This document shows, piece after piece, positions 31,191 to 41,551 of a stretch of DNA of 64,000 nucleotides (within the stretch, counting starts at the first letter, position 1; every line of letters starts with the position of its first letter). A program made the position numbers and the translations under genes. This stretch comes from an uncultured Desulfospira sp. GTDB taxonomy: Bacteria; Desulfobacterota; Desulfobacteria; Desulfobacterales; Desulfobacteraceae. The notes beneath the pieces are model-generated. The model searched no databases, was not told the origin of the DNA, and was given only the letters and a program-made list of their open reading frames with translations. The DNA lies in contig OY760175.1 of NCBI GenBank assembly GCA_963663165.1, positions 1,824,001-1,888,000 of the forward strand. Direction: 5' to 3'.

Positions 31191-33494
31191 TCAGCGCTGG
31201 GGTGGGGGTTGATTTGAACTTGAGCCATAGGAGACTTTCTCCACAGGATCATCTATGGTAAAAGTGCCTGCGGATGTGCCGCCTGAATAGGTGCCGCCGG
31301 TATAAAGGCCGTCCTCTTCACTGCCGGTGCAGGTTCCCCCGGTGTAGACATTGTAGGTTGGGCTGGTGCTCAGCGATGGGGATGAGAACAGGATTGACGA
31401 ATAGGTATGGGCCGGCTGGAAGGTGACCAGGGCGGTACCGTCAGCCTCCTCAATGTGGAAAAGGCTTGCTGTTCCCGGTGATTCAACGCTGTGAAAACCG
31501 CCGCCCGGACCACCGGGGTTGCCGCCATTGTTGTCATTCTCGGTCAGCAGGACTGCGTACTGTCCTGAGACCGTGGGGACTTCCACCATGTTGGAATCGA
31601 CCTGTGAAACAATTACCAATCCGCCGGTGATGAGAAATTCTCCATTAACATCCACCCCCACGTTGGGCCCGGTTGCCGGGCCGTGGGCAATAAGGGTTCC
31701 GCCGGTGATGGTCAGGGTGCCGTTGCTGTCAATCCCGTCACCTTCCACGGCGGTGACGGCAACGTATCCGTCATTGATAACCAGTGTACTGCCGTCATTA
31801 AATTCAGAAGCCCCGCCTGTGGTGGCATTGAGGCCGTCATCGGTGGAGGCGATATGGAGTTCTCCCCCGTTGATTTGAATATCAGGGGCTTCCATGCCCT
31901 CAAAGGATTGCTGGATATCAATATATCCGCCCTGGATTTCAATGCCCTCTTCAGACTTAATCCCGTCGTCGGCCGAACTAATGGTGATGTTCCCGCTGAT
32001 AACGGTAACCTGCCCGTCAGCTTTAACCGCTTTGGCTTCAGCCGCATCATCCTGGCTGATATAAATTTCGGCACCGCTGGTGGTGACCTCAAGTGTGGGG
32101 GAGGTCTCCTCGGTGCCGATGGTAAGGGCCCCGTCCACGGAAATCCCCCTGCCGCCATCGCCGTCGTGGGCCAGGCTTATGGTGCCGCCGGCAATATCAA
32201 AATTTCCATCCGCTTTGATGCATACGCCATGGTAGGCGTCTGCCTCTCCGTCTTCATTAGTGTATGTACCCCCGCCACCGGAGGATGTAATGGTCAGTTC
32301 TCCGGAGGATATCACCACGTCTCCGTCACTGGAAATCCCCCGGCTGGCCTCACCGTCTGTGGTGATGGTGACAACGGCACCGTCAAGCAAAAACTCATCT
32401 TCAGGCTTTATGGCCGTGCAATAGGACGGGTCATAATACCCCATGTCTTCGTCTACCGCCTCGAGAACCGCATCCCCATGGGTTTCAATGGTGATGGACC
32501 CGCCGCTGAGCAGCATGGTTTCGGCTTTCAATCCCTTGGACTGGTCACCGTTCACGAGCAGGTCAACGGTGCCGCCGGAAATGGTGAGGTCGCCGTCACA
32601 TTTAACAGCGTCCCGGTCGTCATCATCTATTTCTACTGCCAGATCGCCCCCTGATATCCGGACCGGCCCGTCCCCGGCATCAACACCGTCGCTGCCGGCA
32701 ATCACATCGACCATTCCGCCGGACTGGTAATACCCGTCATTGGTGTGGATGCCGTCCTTAGCAGAACCGGTGACATAAATGGTGCCGCCAATAACTTCAA
32801 TATAATCGTCACTGGCAAGCCCGTGTTGGTCGTCTCCCTGGCCGTTGATGGTCAGACTGCCGTCCCCGGAAAAAATCAATTCCGCTTCGCTGAAAAAGGC
32901 GGCTTTTTGATCCTCATCATCGGGCGCTTCTGCGTATTCTTCCCCGTCGGTTAACACGGATTCCGTATCCTGGCCAAGTTCCACTGAAATGGTTTTACCG
33001 GACTGGATATTGATGGCCGGCCCCTGGGTGCTGGTGATGGTGACACCATTGAGCTGAAGGGTCACATCATCCTCTGAATAAAGTTTAAACGTTCCGTCGC
33101 CGGTTGCGCCGGACAGGGCAAATATAATTCCCGGAACCCCGGCAACAGATGTCACGGTGACATAAGCGCCGCTGGCCGATATATCCACACCGGCATCTTC
33201 CCAGGGGTTGCCTATGGTCACGGTTGAATCGCCGTAAATGATGGTAACCGGGGTTTGAGCGCAATCCGGACAGGACTGACGGCCAAAGTGCGCGGCAAGC
33301 AGTTCAAGCCGGTCTGCCTGTCCGTCAAAATCCTCCAGAAAAGTGGTCAGATCCAGGCCGTCCACATCCCCGTCCATAGTCAAATCTCCGTAGCAGGCCA
33401 AATTCTCAGCCGCCTGCAACGGACAGGACAAAATGCATACAACGCAGCAGATGGCTGCAAATGGCAATATCATATACGGTCTTAAATTTTTCAT
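31191..33494 (-). CDS. Secreted beta-helix carbohydrate-binding-domain protein (Cthe_2159/DUF4353-like) with dockerin-like N-terminus
   Basis: GDLTMDGDVDGLDL EF/dockerin-like motif; repeated I.GG.I.I....DGI; DGIDSNG. Confidence 0.75.
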   Translation of the reverse strand: MKNLRPYMILPFAAICCVVCILSCPLQAAENLACYGDLTMDGDVDGLDLTTFLEDFDGQADRLELLAAHFGRQSCPDCAQTPVTIIYGDSTVTIGNPWEDAGVDISASGAYVTVTSVAGVPGIIFALSGATGDGTFKLYSEDDVTLQLNGVTITSTQGPAINIQSGKTISVELGQDTESVLTDGEEYAEAPDDEDQKAAFFSEAELIFSGDGSLTINGQGDDQHGLASDDYIEVIGGTIYVTGSAKDGIHTNDGYYQSGGMVDVIAGSDGVDAGDGPVRISGGDLAVEIDDDDRDAVKCDGDLTISGGTVDLLVNGDQSKGLKAETMLLSGGSITIETHGDAVLEAVDEDMGYYDPSYCTAIKPEDEFLLDGAVVTITTDGEASRGISSDGDVVISSGELTITSSGGGGTYTNEDGEADAYHGVCIKADGNFDIAGGTISLAHDGDGGRGISVDGALTIGTEETSPTLEVTTSGAEIYISQDDAAEAKAVKADGQVTVISGNITISSADDGIKSEEGIEIQGGYIDIQQSFEGMEAPDIQINGGELHIASTDDGLNATTGGASEFNDGSTLVINDGYVAVTAVEGDGIDSNGTLTITGGTLIAHGPATGPNVGVDVNGEFLITGGLVIVSQVDSNMVEVPTVSGQYAVLLTENDNNGGNPGGPGGGFHSVESPGTASLFHIEEADGTALVTFQPAHTYSSILFSSPSLSTSPTYNVYTGGTCTGSEEDGLYTGGTYSGGTSAGTFTIDDPVEKVSYGSSSNQPPPQR

Positions 33495-33948
33495 GGTACT
33501 CCCCTGTGTCTGCTTATGTTTTTTCTATTTTTTCAACCCCTTGCCTTTTATAATAAAACCACCTGATGAAATGGCGCAGGCCCGGCGACCTTAAGACAGA
33601 ACTCTATCTTTTAACCTGTAAAAACACAACTCTAACCGTTTTCTACCCACTTTCAAACATGAGCCCTAAATGAAACTATTCGGCCCGGATATTCACCAAT
33701 TTTTTGTCCTCTTATATTAAAGCACTGGCCGGGAAGCTGCCGTGACTTTACCGCGACCGGACAGCGACGCAGGTGACGGGGAAAAAAAGCTTCGATAAAG
33801 AGCAATAAATTTTTTTAATTTTTAAAAATTTACACAACAAACCATCTAACCGGTTGTAATGATGTTTTTTTCTTCATAATCATACAAGAAACCATAAAAC
33901 ATCCGGATTAGAGATAATGGCTGACAATCCTCTGTACAATATGGTATG

Positions 33949-34072
33949 CAATGCCATTAACTTAAGAAATTTTGCATAGCGCGCAGGGGTTATAAAATGG
34001 GCGCCAACGGCGCTTCACCCTCTTGTCTCTTGTTTCCAGTTTCTTGTATTAACGCTTAAGTTAATGACATTG
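33949..34072. mobile_element. 124-bp MITE, copy 1
   Basis: Terminal IR CAATGCCATTAACTTAAG/CTTAAGTTAATGACATTG; 10-bp TSD ATATGGTATG. Confidence 0.9.
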
Positions 34073-34185
34073 ATATGGTATGGATGATCCGGGAGGGGGA
34101 TTTTTCTCATTCGTCGGGTTAAGAGAATTATATCCTGCCCGTTTATCAAAAAATTGTTCTAAAAGCGGTATTGCCCCGGCAATTT

Positions 34186-34279
34186 TATATGAAAGTCTCA
34201 CTAACAGCGTGACAAGACTTTCATTATTCGTTGTGGGCGATACTTGGTTGGATAACCAAGGCGGCCCGTGGCCGTTATA
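34186..34279 (+). repeat. ~90-bp two-hairpin repeat, copy 4
   Basis: Same unit as 20639-20820. Confidence 0.85.
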
Positions 34280-34294
34280 AAAAGGAACTGACCT

Positions 34295-35245
34295 ATGGAA
34301 ATGAATAGTGTAAAGCACATTGGAATCATCGGCACCGGTATGATGGCCTCCAGCATAGCGGTGTTAACCACCGGCCACGGCTATCGGACAACCCTGCTGG
34401 CCAGATCACCCCAGAGGGCAGACAGCTGCAAGGCTCAGATTGACAACTTTTACACCGAAATTGCCCGGCAGAACCTTATCACTGAAAATCAGGTGGATAT
34501 CTGCAAGGGTTACCTGAACTTTGCTTTGGGCTATGATGGGCTTTCGGATGTTGACGTCTTTTATGAATGTGTTGCCGAGGTCATAGAGACAAAACACGAG
34601 GTCTACAGGCAGATAGAAGAACACTGCCCGGCCGTTAAAGCGATCTGTTCCGTCAGTTCTTCCATCGTTGTTGACGATCTGGTCAAAGGCATTGATAAGT
34701 ACAAAGACCGGGTGGTGGTCGCCCACCCCTTTAATCCCCCCCACATGGTCCCCTTTTTCGAGCTGGCAAAGGGAACAGATACGGCCGCCGGTGTTATCGA
34801 GTTCGCGGCCGAATTGCTTAAGGCCCTGGACCGCAAACCAGTGATATTGAAAAAAGGGATTCCCGGGTTTATCGGGAACCGGCTCCAGTTCGCTTTGTGG
34901 AGAGAATGCCTCCATCTGGTGGAAAATGGTATTGCTGACCCGGAAGACATTGATACCTGCCTTCAGTACAGTTTCTGCCCGAGATATACGTCCATTGGAA
35001 TTTTTGAACACTTTGACAACGGCGGCATGCAGCTCAACTACAACGTGGTCAAGACATTGTTCCCGCTGTTAAGCGACCAGAAGGAGGTCCCCAAAGCCAT
35101 TACCGACAAGATTGCCACCGGCGACATGGGGCAAAAAACCGGAAAGGGGTTTTATGACTGGCGAAATGTTGATATGGACGCCTACAATGAGCGGGTCAAC
35201 GCGCCCTATTGGAAATTTTTCAACTGGGATTATCCCAAAAAATAG
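34295..35245 (+). CDS. 3-hydroxyacyl-CoA dehydrogenase family protein
   Basis: IGIIGTGMMA, ECVAE...K, AHPFNP, PGFIGNRLQ, GQKTGKGFY. Confidence 0.9.
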   Translation: MEMNSVKHIGIIGTGMMASSIAVLTTGHGYRTTLLARSPQRADSCKAQIDNFYTEIARQNLITENQVDICKGYLNFALGYDGLSDVDVFYECVAEVIETKHEVYRQIEEHCPAVKAICSVSSSIVVDDLVKGIDKYKDRVVVAHPFNPPHMVPFFELAKGTDTAAGVIEFAAELLKALDRKPVILKKGIPGFIGNRLQFALWRECLHLVENGIADPEDIDTCLQYSFCPRYTSIGIFEHFDNGGMQLNYNVVKTLFPLLSDQKEVPKAITDKIATGDMGQKTGKGFYDWRNVDMDAYNERVNAPYWKFFNWDYPKK

Positions 35246-35281
35246 CTTTATATTTTGCTAAGTTTTCAGCATTAGCTGAAT

Positions 35282-35405
35282 CAATGCCATTAACTTAAGA
35301 AATTTGGCATAACGCGCAGGGGTTATAAAATGGGCGCCAACGGCGCTTCACCCTCTTGTCTCTTGTTTCCAGTTTCTTGTATTAACGCTTAAGTTAATGA
35401 CATTG
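35282..35405. mobile_element. 124-bp MITE, copy 2
   Basis: Near-identical to 33949-34072; own 10-bp TSD TTAGCTGAAT. Confidence 0.9.
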
Positions 35406-35455
35406 TTAGCTGAATAGTTACTATATGTTAAGGAAAATCAAAAAAGGAAACTACA

Positions 35456-35890
35456 ATGGATACCAGTAAATTGATTGTTCAGGATCTCAAAGACCCCAAT
35501 ATGGGAAGCCCCGAATTTCAGGCCATGTACAAAAAATTCTCCAACCGGATCCTCTGGATTGACGATAATGTGGTGGAAGGTGCGTTTCAAATGAACACCG
35601 CATGGTACTTTGATGTCCCCGAAAAAGACCCGGTTTTCGAAGAGCATGCCCATGACCATGGTGAATTGATCGGTTTTTTCGGCAGCAATCCTGATGACCC
35701 ATATGATCTGGGCGCCCGGATGGAAGCCACCCTCAACGGCGATAAGTATGAACTCACCCGGACGTCCATGATTTTTGTTCCGGCCAACATGCCCCATATG
35801 CCCTTGAGAATTTTACAGGTTGACCGGCCGGTGTTTCACTTTTCCATCGTAATGAACGGTGAGTACTCCGGCGGGAGCGCTTATAAATGA
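35456..35890 (+). CDS. Cupin-fold hypothetical protein
   Basis: H.HD..E and FVPA..PH.P cupin-like metal motifs; RBS AAGGA. Confidence 0.65.
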   Translation: MDTSKLIVQDLKDPNMGSPEFQAMYKKFSNRILWIDDNVVEGAFQMNTAWYFDVPEKDPVFEEHAHDHGELIGFFGSNPDDPYDLGARMEATLNGDKYELTRTSMIFVPANMPHMPLRILQVDRPVFHFSIVMNGEYSGGSAYK

Positions 35891-36596
35891 ATAGGCCCTG
35901 TTTTTCCGGCTCTTATTTGGGTTGACAAAAAGTAAGCTCATATCTTATAAAATAATTTCTTATACTAGTAAAGAATGCCAACAGGGAATAGGAGGAAGTC
36001 GCATGAGTTGTTCTTTCAGTTATGGCCCGCAAAGAGACGCATATGAAATGAAAAATTCTTTCAGAACCCGGCGACCGCCGCAAAGCAACAGCCAGTTTCC
36101 AACTTATATCCGGGTCAACCGAGTAAGTTCCTCATTCTATTTATGTGGTGACGGTGAAAACCACCTTCTTGATCTTTTGCTAAGGAAATCCAGTGCAATC
36201 ATTGAGGCAAAATTGCCCATCGACCTGTTGGTCGTCCGAAACGGCCCTCTTGTTATCGCACAGGTGATGGAATCCTCTTACAGAATTCAAGGTGCCCGTG
36301 GTGTTGGCATTTTCCACCCAATGGGCAGGGAAAGCATCACAGGGGCATCCCTGTATTTCGCACTTCAAAAAGATATTTTTCCCGAGCTCCGGCACATCAA
36401 TCCGCCGCCGGTCCCGCCCCGGTTGGTCAGTTTATTGGGCCATAACAAAAGCTTTTTTAGTTGAACCTCAGCGAATCGTTCAGCCTCCGGCACATCATGC
36501 CGGAGGCTTCGGACCGGGGTCTGCCCAACTAACGGATTAAAATTATAAGCAATGGGCTAAAAACAATGCTGATTCTTTGCCATAATCAGCCCATTT

Positions 36597-37226
36597 TCAT
36601 TTATTGCTGACCGCAAGCCCGACACCAGCCCCGATAAAAGTGCCGCCCATAATTCTTTTCAAATATTTCCCTGCCCCTGCTTTGGAAAACAGCAGAACCA
36701 TTTTTTGACCGCTAACGGCGTAAATCATAAAACAACTGAAGGCTATGACAGCGCACAGTCCCAATAGAATGCAAGATTGGAATAAGTATGCCGAATCGGG
36801 ATCAATAAACTGCGGAAATATGGCCGTAAAAAAGACAATGGCTTTAGGGTTTCCTGCAGTTACCAGCGCGGCCTGTAAAAACATTTTTCTCAATGTATTC
36901 AGTTCTTTCACCTTATGGGAGTTCTGCTGATATCCCGGCATATCAGGCGAAAAGAAAATGGTAAGGCCAATATAAATAAGGTATGCCGCCCCGGCCCATT
37001 TGATCGTATAAAAGACCGTCTCGGAGGCAATCAAGACAGTTCCCAGCCCGGCAATGGAAACAGATGCCTGAAGTAAGGTAACGGTCACATTTCCCAGGGC
37101 AGATGCGATTGTTTTTTTTGCCCCGTACTGCATCCCATGGGTCAGGGCCAGCAACATGCTTGGACCCGGGAGGATAGAAGCGATAAACACGGTGATTGAA
37201 TACAAGAATAAAAAATTAAACGTCAT
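36597..37226 (-). CDS. LysE/RhtB family amino-acid exporter
   Basis: PGP, KWAGAAYL.YIG, NPKA..FF...FPQF. Confidence 0.9.
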   Translation of the reverse strand: MTFNFLFLYSITVFIASILPGPSMLLALTHGMQYGAKKTIASALGNVTVTLLQASVSIAGLGTVLIASETVFYTIKWAGAAYLIYIGLTIFFSPDMPGYQQNSHKVKELNTLRKMFLQAALVTAGNPKAIVFFTAIFPQFIDPDSAYLFQSCILLGLCAVIAFSCFMIYAVSGQKMVLLFSKAGAGKYLKRIMGGTFIGAGVGLAVSNK

Positions 37227-37331
37227 TTGCCAAAAACCTTATAAAGATTCCAATTGATTTTTTTGTACAGGCTCACTTCATATCTTCAACGAATAATTGT
37301 GCGTTACCCGAAGTCGTCAGTACGCTCGGCG

Positions 37332-39201
37332 ATCGGGTAGGTCGGGGGCTTTACAGCCCCTTTCCCCCCTCAGAACCGTACGTGACAGTTTCCCGTCATA
37401 CGGCTCAAGCATTTCTAAGGCTGAGCCTTGCGGGGCCGCCCGGCTGTTTTCTCTTGCCAATGCTGAAATTTACAGTTATTTCATTACATATTTTCTCGGC
37501 CGCTGTGACAGGGATCACCTTTGGTTTCACCCGTCTTGCCCAGTGGATTTTATCCATGAAGGCCTGCACATTTTTCCTGGATGGTTTAATGAGCAGTTTG
37601 CCGTCATACTTACGAACGTTTTGGCCCAGAAAATCGAATCCCCGGTCAATTCGGGTAATCAGGGTCTTTTCTTCAGACAGGGATAGATCCCGTTCCGAGA
37701 GAAATCTGATTATGGCCGGTTTGACCTTGTCTTCAAGAAGTTCCCGGGTTGCACCGGTAATAATGAAATCATCAGCATACCGAATGACGTTGATTTTGGA
37801 ACTGATGTCCTTACCGTTGCGTCTGTCCCTGACAGGGGCAACAGATCCGGCAGTCCCTTCAATGCCGTCCAGAACCATGTTGGCCAGTGTGGGAGAGGCA
37901 ATGCCGCCTTGCGGCGTTCCCCGGAGGGATATGGTCGATCATCCAGTCATGGATAGTTTCATCAAATCAGGCTTTAATATCCGCTTCAAGTATCCAGACC
38001 GGCGAGGTTTTCTTGGCCAGTGTATTAAAGCATTGGGATATGGCGTCCGCACATCGCCTGTATGACCTGAATCCGTATGAATTGTGGTCGGCCAGTGTTT
38101 CTGCTATCGGCTCCACTGCCAGTTTATACAATGCCTGAACAGCCCTGTCGATCATTGTGGGAATACTTAACGAACGTTTCTTGCCGTTCTTTTTGGGAAT
38201 ATAGATCCGCCTGAGCGGTGATGGCTGGTATCCTCTCCGTTTGAGGTTGCCTGCTGCCTGGAATTTCTGCCTGGCGGTTTTCCAGGTGACGTTGTCGACA
38301 CCCGGAGTGCGTTTCCCTTTATTGGAGGTCACGCGTTTTACAGCTAACAGCTTTGCCTGGTAAGAGTGGGTCAGAAGCCACTGGAGGGCCTTGGCCCGTC
38401 CGTATCTTCCTTCTTTCACAGCCTTTGCGATACGCATTTGCAGTCTTTTAACAGCTTCATAAATGGCTTTCCAATGAATGGACTTCCAATTCCTGAAACT
38501 GCCGATGGGCGCACCAGCTGTTGCCGTCATTTGCCTTCCCATCTTCAAAGATTCTCCAGACTATCTCGCAAAGAAACACCTGCCCGGGTGTGCCTGTAGC
38601 CACACCCGCCGGACGTCAGCTCCCTTTCGGGCCGGATAATGTTGAAGGTCAGTAGATCCATCTCAATCCGTATCCACCTCATTACAAGACGGCATTCGCT
38701 TCTTCCTGCATCTTATTCCCGCACCCCCATCAGTGTGCCTTGCGGTTTCACCTGCCGAATGTTCCCGGCGAAGATACGGGGTTTCCACGTTCCGCATTAT
38801 TGCCAATTAGTGGATGACTTAGGCCTGCCCTCTGCACCGGCGGCGCAACATCTCCGTGCAGGCAGTTGAGAAACCTGCATCCTGACCGCTCACCTTTTGG
38901 TCCAAGCTTACCAGCCTCTTTAGCTTGTTCTCCCTGACGGTACTTACGGAACATTCAACTACTTTGACCATATCATCCAAACCCTTGCCCTCACCCGGAT
39001 TGAGGCTTCCAGGAGGGTATCTGCCTCACGGCTTCCACCCCTTCCACAGTTGCGGAATTCGGTACGTTGTCGGTTGGGCTTTACACCGTTGCCGGATGCA
39101 CCGACCACCGCATGCCATCTAGGGTACCGGCAGGAGAATGCCGGGTTTGGTCAGGACCGACTGGCCCGCCAAACAGCCAATAATGCGACTTCGTGTCGCA
39201 C
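37332..39201 (-). mobile_element. Group II intron copy 1 (CL-like/IIB), defective RT
   Basis: 5' GTGCG at 39201; DV GAGCCGTATGACGGGAAACTGTCACGTACGGTTC; 3' CTACCCGAT at 37332. Confidence 0.92.
37405..38548 (-). pseudogene. Intron-encoded reverse transcriptase/maturase pseudogene
   Basis: LLAVKRVT.NKG..TPGVD and RYADD present; relative to copy 5 it has a TGC>TGA nonsense change and a 71-bp deletion. Confidence 0.9.
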
Positions 39202-39334
39202 CGACAACGGGGAGCTGAGGGGCCAGGCTTTTAAACCCCAAAAAACTCCGATAAAAAGTTTAATTTTCCTGAACCAGGGACTCCCGAAAAGGCCGCGCCA
39301 GTAAGCCTGGTCCCTCTCCGGCGTTTTGTTGGCC
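39202..39334 (-). other. attC site A
   Basis: R'' GGCCAAC directly after the vapC stop; inverted arms GAGAGGGACCAGGCTT/AAGCCTGGCCCCTC; R' GTTGTCG. Confidence 0.88.
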
Positions 39335-39720
39335 TAATTTTTGGAATAGACCGCTTTTAAATTTTCAATCATCGGGTAATGTTTGATATTTAGCGTTTTA
39401 AGCTGAGCATTTTTTGAATGACACGTTGCAGCAATGATGGCATCAGCCAATCCTACGCCATGAGATTTGCCGAAATCACGTTTATATAGTCCACCAATCT
39501 TAGCAATTTCAGAGGTAATTGGAATGACGTCAAAAAGGGAAACAAAATTATTCAAAATCGTTAATTCTTGTTTCCCCCTTACCCCTGCATAAAGTTCAGC
39601 GATCACTATCGTGGATAATATTATTTGAGATGCATTGTCATTTATAAAATCAACAGCTTGCTGATAGCCTCGTAAAAAATCAATAAGAACATCAGTATCA
39701 GGAAGGAATAATTGCGCCAT
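39334..39720 (-). CDS. vapC: PIN-domain toxin (VapC family)
   Basis: DTDVLID, AEL..G, LADAIIAAT, TLN.KHY. Confidence 0.9.
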   Translation of the reverse strand: MAQLFLPDTDVLIDFLRGYQQAVDFINDNASQIILSTIVIAELYAGVRGKQELTILNNFVSLFDVIPITSEIAKIGGLYKRDFGKSHGVGLADAIIAATCHSKNAQLKTLNIKHYPMIENLKAVYSKN

Positions 39721-39722
39721 TT

Positions 39723-39956
39723 TTATTCCCTGTCCCATTCAGAACGCATTGTTTTAAAATCGGGGATATCTGACCGATCTTTCCAGAGGCCAGCGGTTTC
39801 ACATAATATTTTTTTTCGTCTTTCCTGACTTGCCTGTTCAATTAAAATATCAATTGCTTCTCGGATCAGTTCGCTTTGTTTTTTCCCTTGGATTTCTGAA
39901 AGAATGGCCAATTCAGTTCGTTGCTGATCAGTCAAATATATTTGAGTTCGTATCAT
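39723..39956 (-). CDS. RHH/CopG antitoxin
   Basis: MIRTQIYL...SELIREAID; directly upstream of the PIN toxin. Confidence 0.85.
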   Translation of the reverse strand: MIRTQIYLTDQQRTELAILSEIQGKKQSELIREAIDILIEQASQERRKKILCETAGLWKDRSDIPDFKTMRSEWDRE

Positions 39957-40014
39957 TGTGAATCTCCCTTTTTGATGTATACATTATAGTTGTACATCAC
40001 GAGGGTTTTGTCAA

Positions 40015-40077
40015 GGCCAACGGTAAGCTCACCGGACCGGCGTTTTATGCCGGGTCCGGTGAAGCGTTTGGTTATAC
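40015..40077 (-). other. attC site B (short, 63 bp)
   Basis: GTATAAC-CAAAC-GCTTCACCGGACC...GGTCCGGTGAGC-TTACC-GTTGGCC; R' is complementary to the R'' of the vapBC cassette. Confidence 0.92.
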
Positions 40078-40082
40078 CAATT

Positions 40083-40907
40083 TTATGATTTCCCCGTTAT
40101 TGACTCACTGAAGTCTGTGATAAAATGACCAAATTCAATGCCATAAATTTTCTTAAAAATTTTATCATGGTCACTGATAGTTGTGAGTTCTTTCATATAT
40201 GATAAAAATTTTTCCTTTCCAAATTTTTCAATTAGATAATCAACTATGCACGCAAACTCGGAATACATGAATGTAATTCTGTACTGAACATCAAGCTTGA
40301 TCCGGTCCTCGTTCTTAGTCTTGAAATATTCAGGAGGCATAAAATTGCCTTTTTGAATATAATCATAGGTTTCCTTTTTTGAAGGATACCATGATGTTCC
40401 CATTTGATTGGCACTATAAACAGCGATCCCCTCAAGCAACCATTCCGGGTAATTATAAGCTCTTGAAATACCGGAATGCTGATGAAGCAAACAATGGGAT
40501 AACTCATGTGTAAGATAAATTTCTAATGAAATTTCGCCATTTTCAGCTTCTTTTAATGCCCATGGAGAAATAATTAAATCTCCATTATAAAAAGCACAAA
40601 ACCGCGCTTTTGATATTGAACGTTTATAGTAACTGTTTTTGTCCTTAAAAATGAATATTCTTGGTTTCTTTAAAAACTTCCATTCATGAAACTTTTCAAC
40701 GTTAGGGATTAAAGAATCAATTATTTTTAAATCAGGGCATTCTGCACCTTTTTGAACATAAACAATTGTGTTTGTTAATTCCTTTTTAGAAAACCCGATT
40801 ATGAGAGGGGAATAAGGGAATAGCTTACCAAATAGAAAACTATAGACAACTAGTCCCAAGATAAGAATGAAGCCAATTGCGATTGAATATTTCAGTTTAT
40901 TCTTCAT
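40083..40907 (-). CDS. Cassette-borne zinc metallopeptidase-like (peptidase MA-like) protein
   Basis: N-terminal TM, HELSH then P.WL.EG.A; low GC. Confidence 0.7.
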   Translation of the reverse strand: MKNKLKYSIAIGFILILGLVVYSFLFGKLFPYSPLIIGFSKKELTNTIVYVQKGAECPDLKIIDSLIPNVEKFHEWKFLKKPRIFIFKDKNSYYKRSISKARFCAFYNGDLIISPWALKEAENGEISLEIYLTHELSHCLLHQHSGISRAYNYPEWLLEGIAVYSANQMGTSWYPSKKETYDYIQKGNFMPPEYFKTKNEDRIKLDVQYRITFMYSEFACIVDYLIEKFGKEKFLSYMKELTTISDHDKIFKKIYGIEFGHFITDFSESITGKS

Positions 40908-40937
40908 TTCAAAAACATCAGTTTTTTATTCTGGTAT

Positions 40938-41472
40938 CTCGCGGTAGGAACGCCGGTTACCCGACGCCCCCCGCACAGACCCGGACGTGCGGTTTTCCCG
41001 CATCCGGTTCCTCGGTTATACTCGCTTTCGTGTAAGACATCCGTTTATGTAAACGCTCGATGTCGCCTGTTAACCACTCGCATCCTTGGTTTGGCAATAC
41101 CCAAAAGAGCCACTGCTCTGGTAAAGACTTCCCAGGTGAAGCTTTTCCGCTTCCCACCTCGACGATTCAACCACTTGAATGCACACTCTTCGGCCCAGCT
41201 GTAAAAATGCCATAATGCCGACAGGTTACCTGGTACATTATAATAGTTGTAATAGCCGCGCAACCGTCTATTCAACCCTTTTATAAAGGTGATTCCTTTT
41301 AAATGACGGTTATCCTTTATCCATTCCTTGATTCGCCGGCAGGCTCCTTGCAATTTCTTTGGCGCAGTCCGTTGTTTAACTTTCACGGTACCGGTTCTGT
41401 CTTTTTCCCAGAAGAGTTCAAAGCCTAAAAAGCTTATCCGTACTTTCATACCGGGATGGAAACGATTAAACC
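40938..41472 (-). mobile_element. 3' remnant of a second, unrelated group II intron (class E-like), truncated by IS66
   Basis: RT7/X-domain remnant (FLGF..., LRGYYNYY...WLNRR); DV GAACCGGATGCGGGAAAACCGCACGTCCGGGTC; DVI ending CTACCGCGAG. Confidence 0.85.
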
Positions 41473-41551
41473 GTGTCCCTTCGGTAAGCCTGCATGAATT
41501 AAGTTTTCGCAGCTGATATAACGGTCCCATCAACATTTTAAGGAAGGACCC

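Noticed and set aside
31683..32654. 323-aa plus-strand ORF and other long antisense ORFs
   Set aside because: They are shadow frames of well-supported genes on the opposite strand
33949..35405. A single composite transposon insertion
   Set aside because: Each MITE has its own different TSD, which indicates separate insertions
35922..36464. 180-aa ORF
   Set aside because: TTG start and no recognisable motifs; probably decayed DNA at the array edge
36400..37331. lysE as a bona fide cassette with an attC
   Set aside because: Only weak GTTGAAG/GTTCAAC boxes and unrelated hairpins were found; no complete attC could be built
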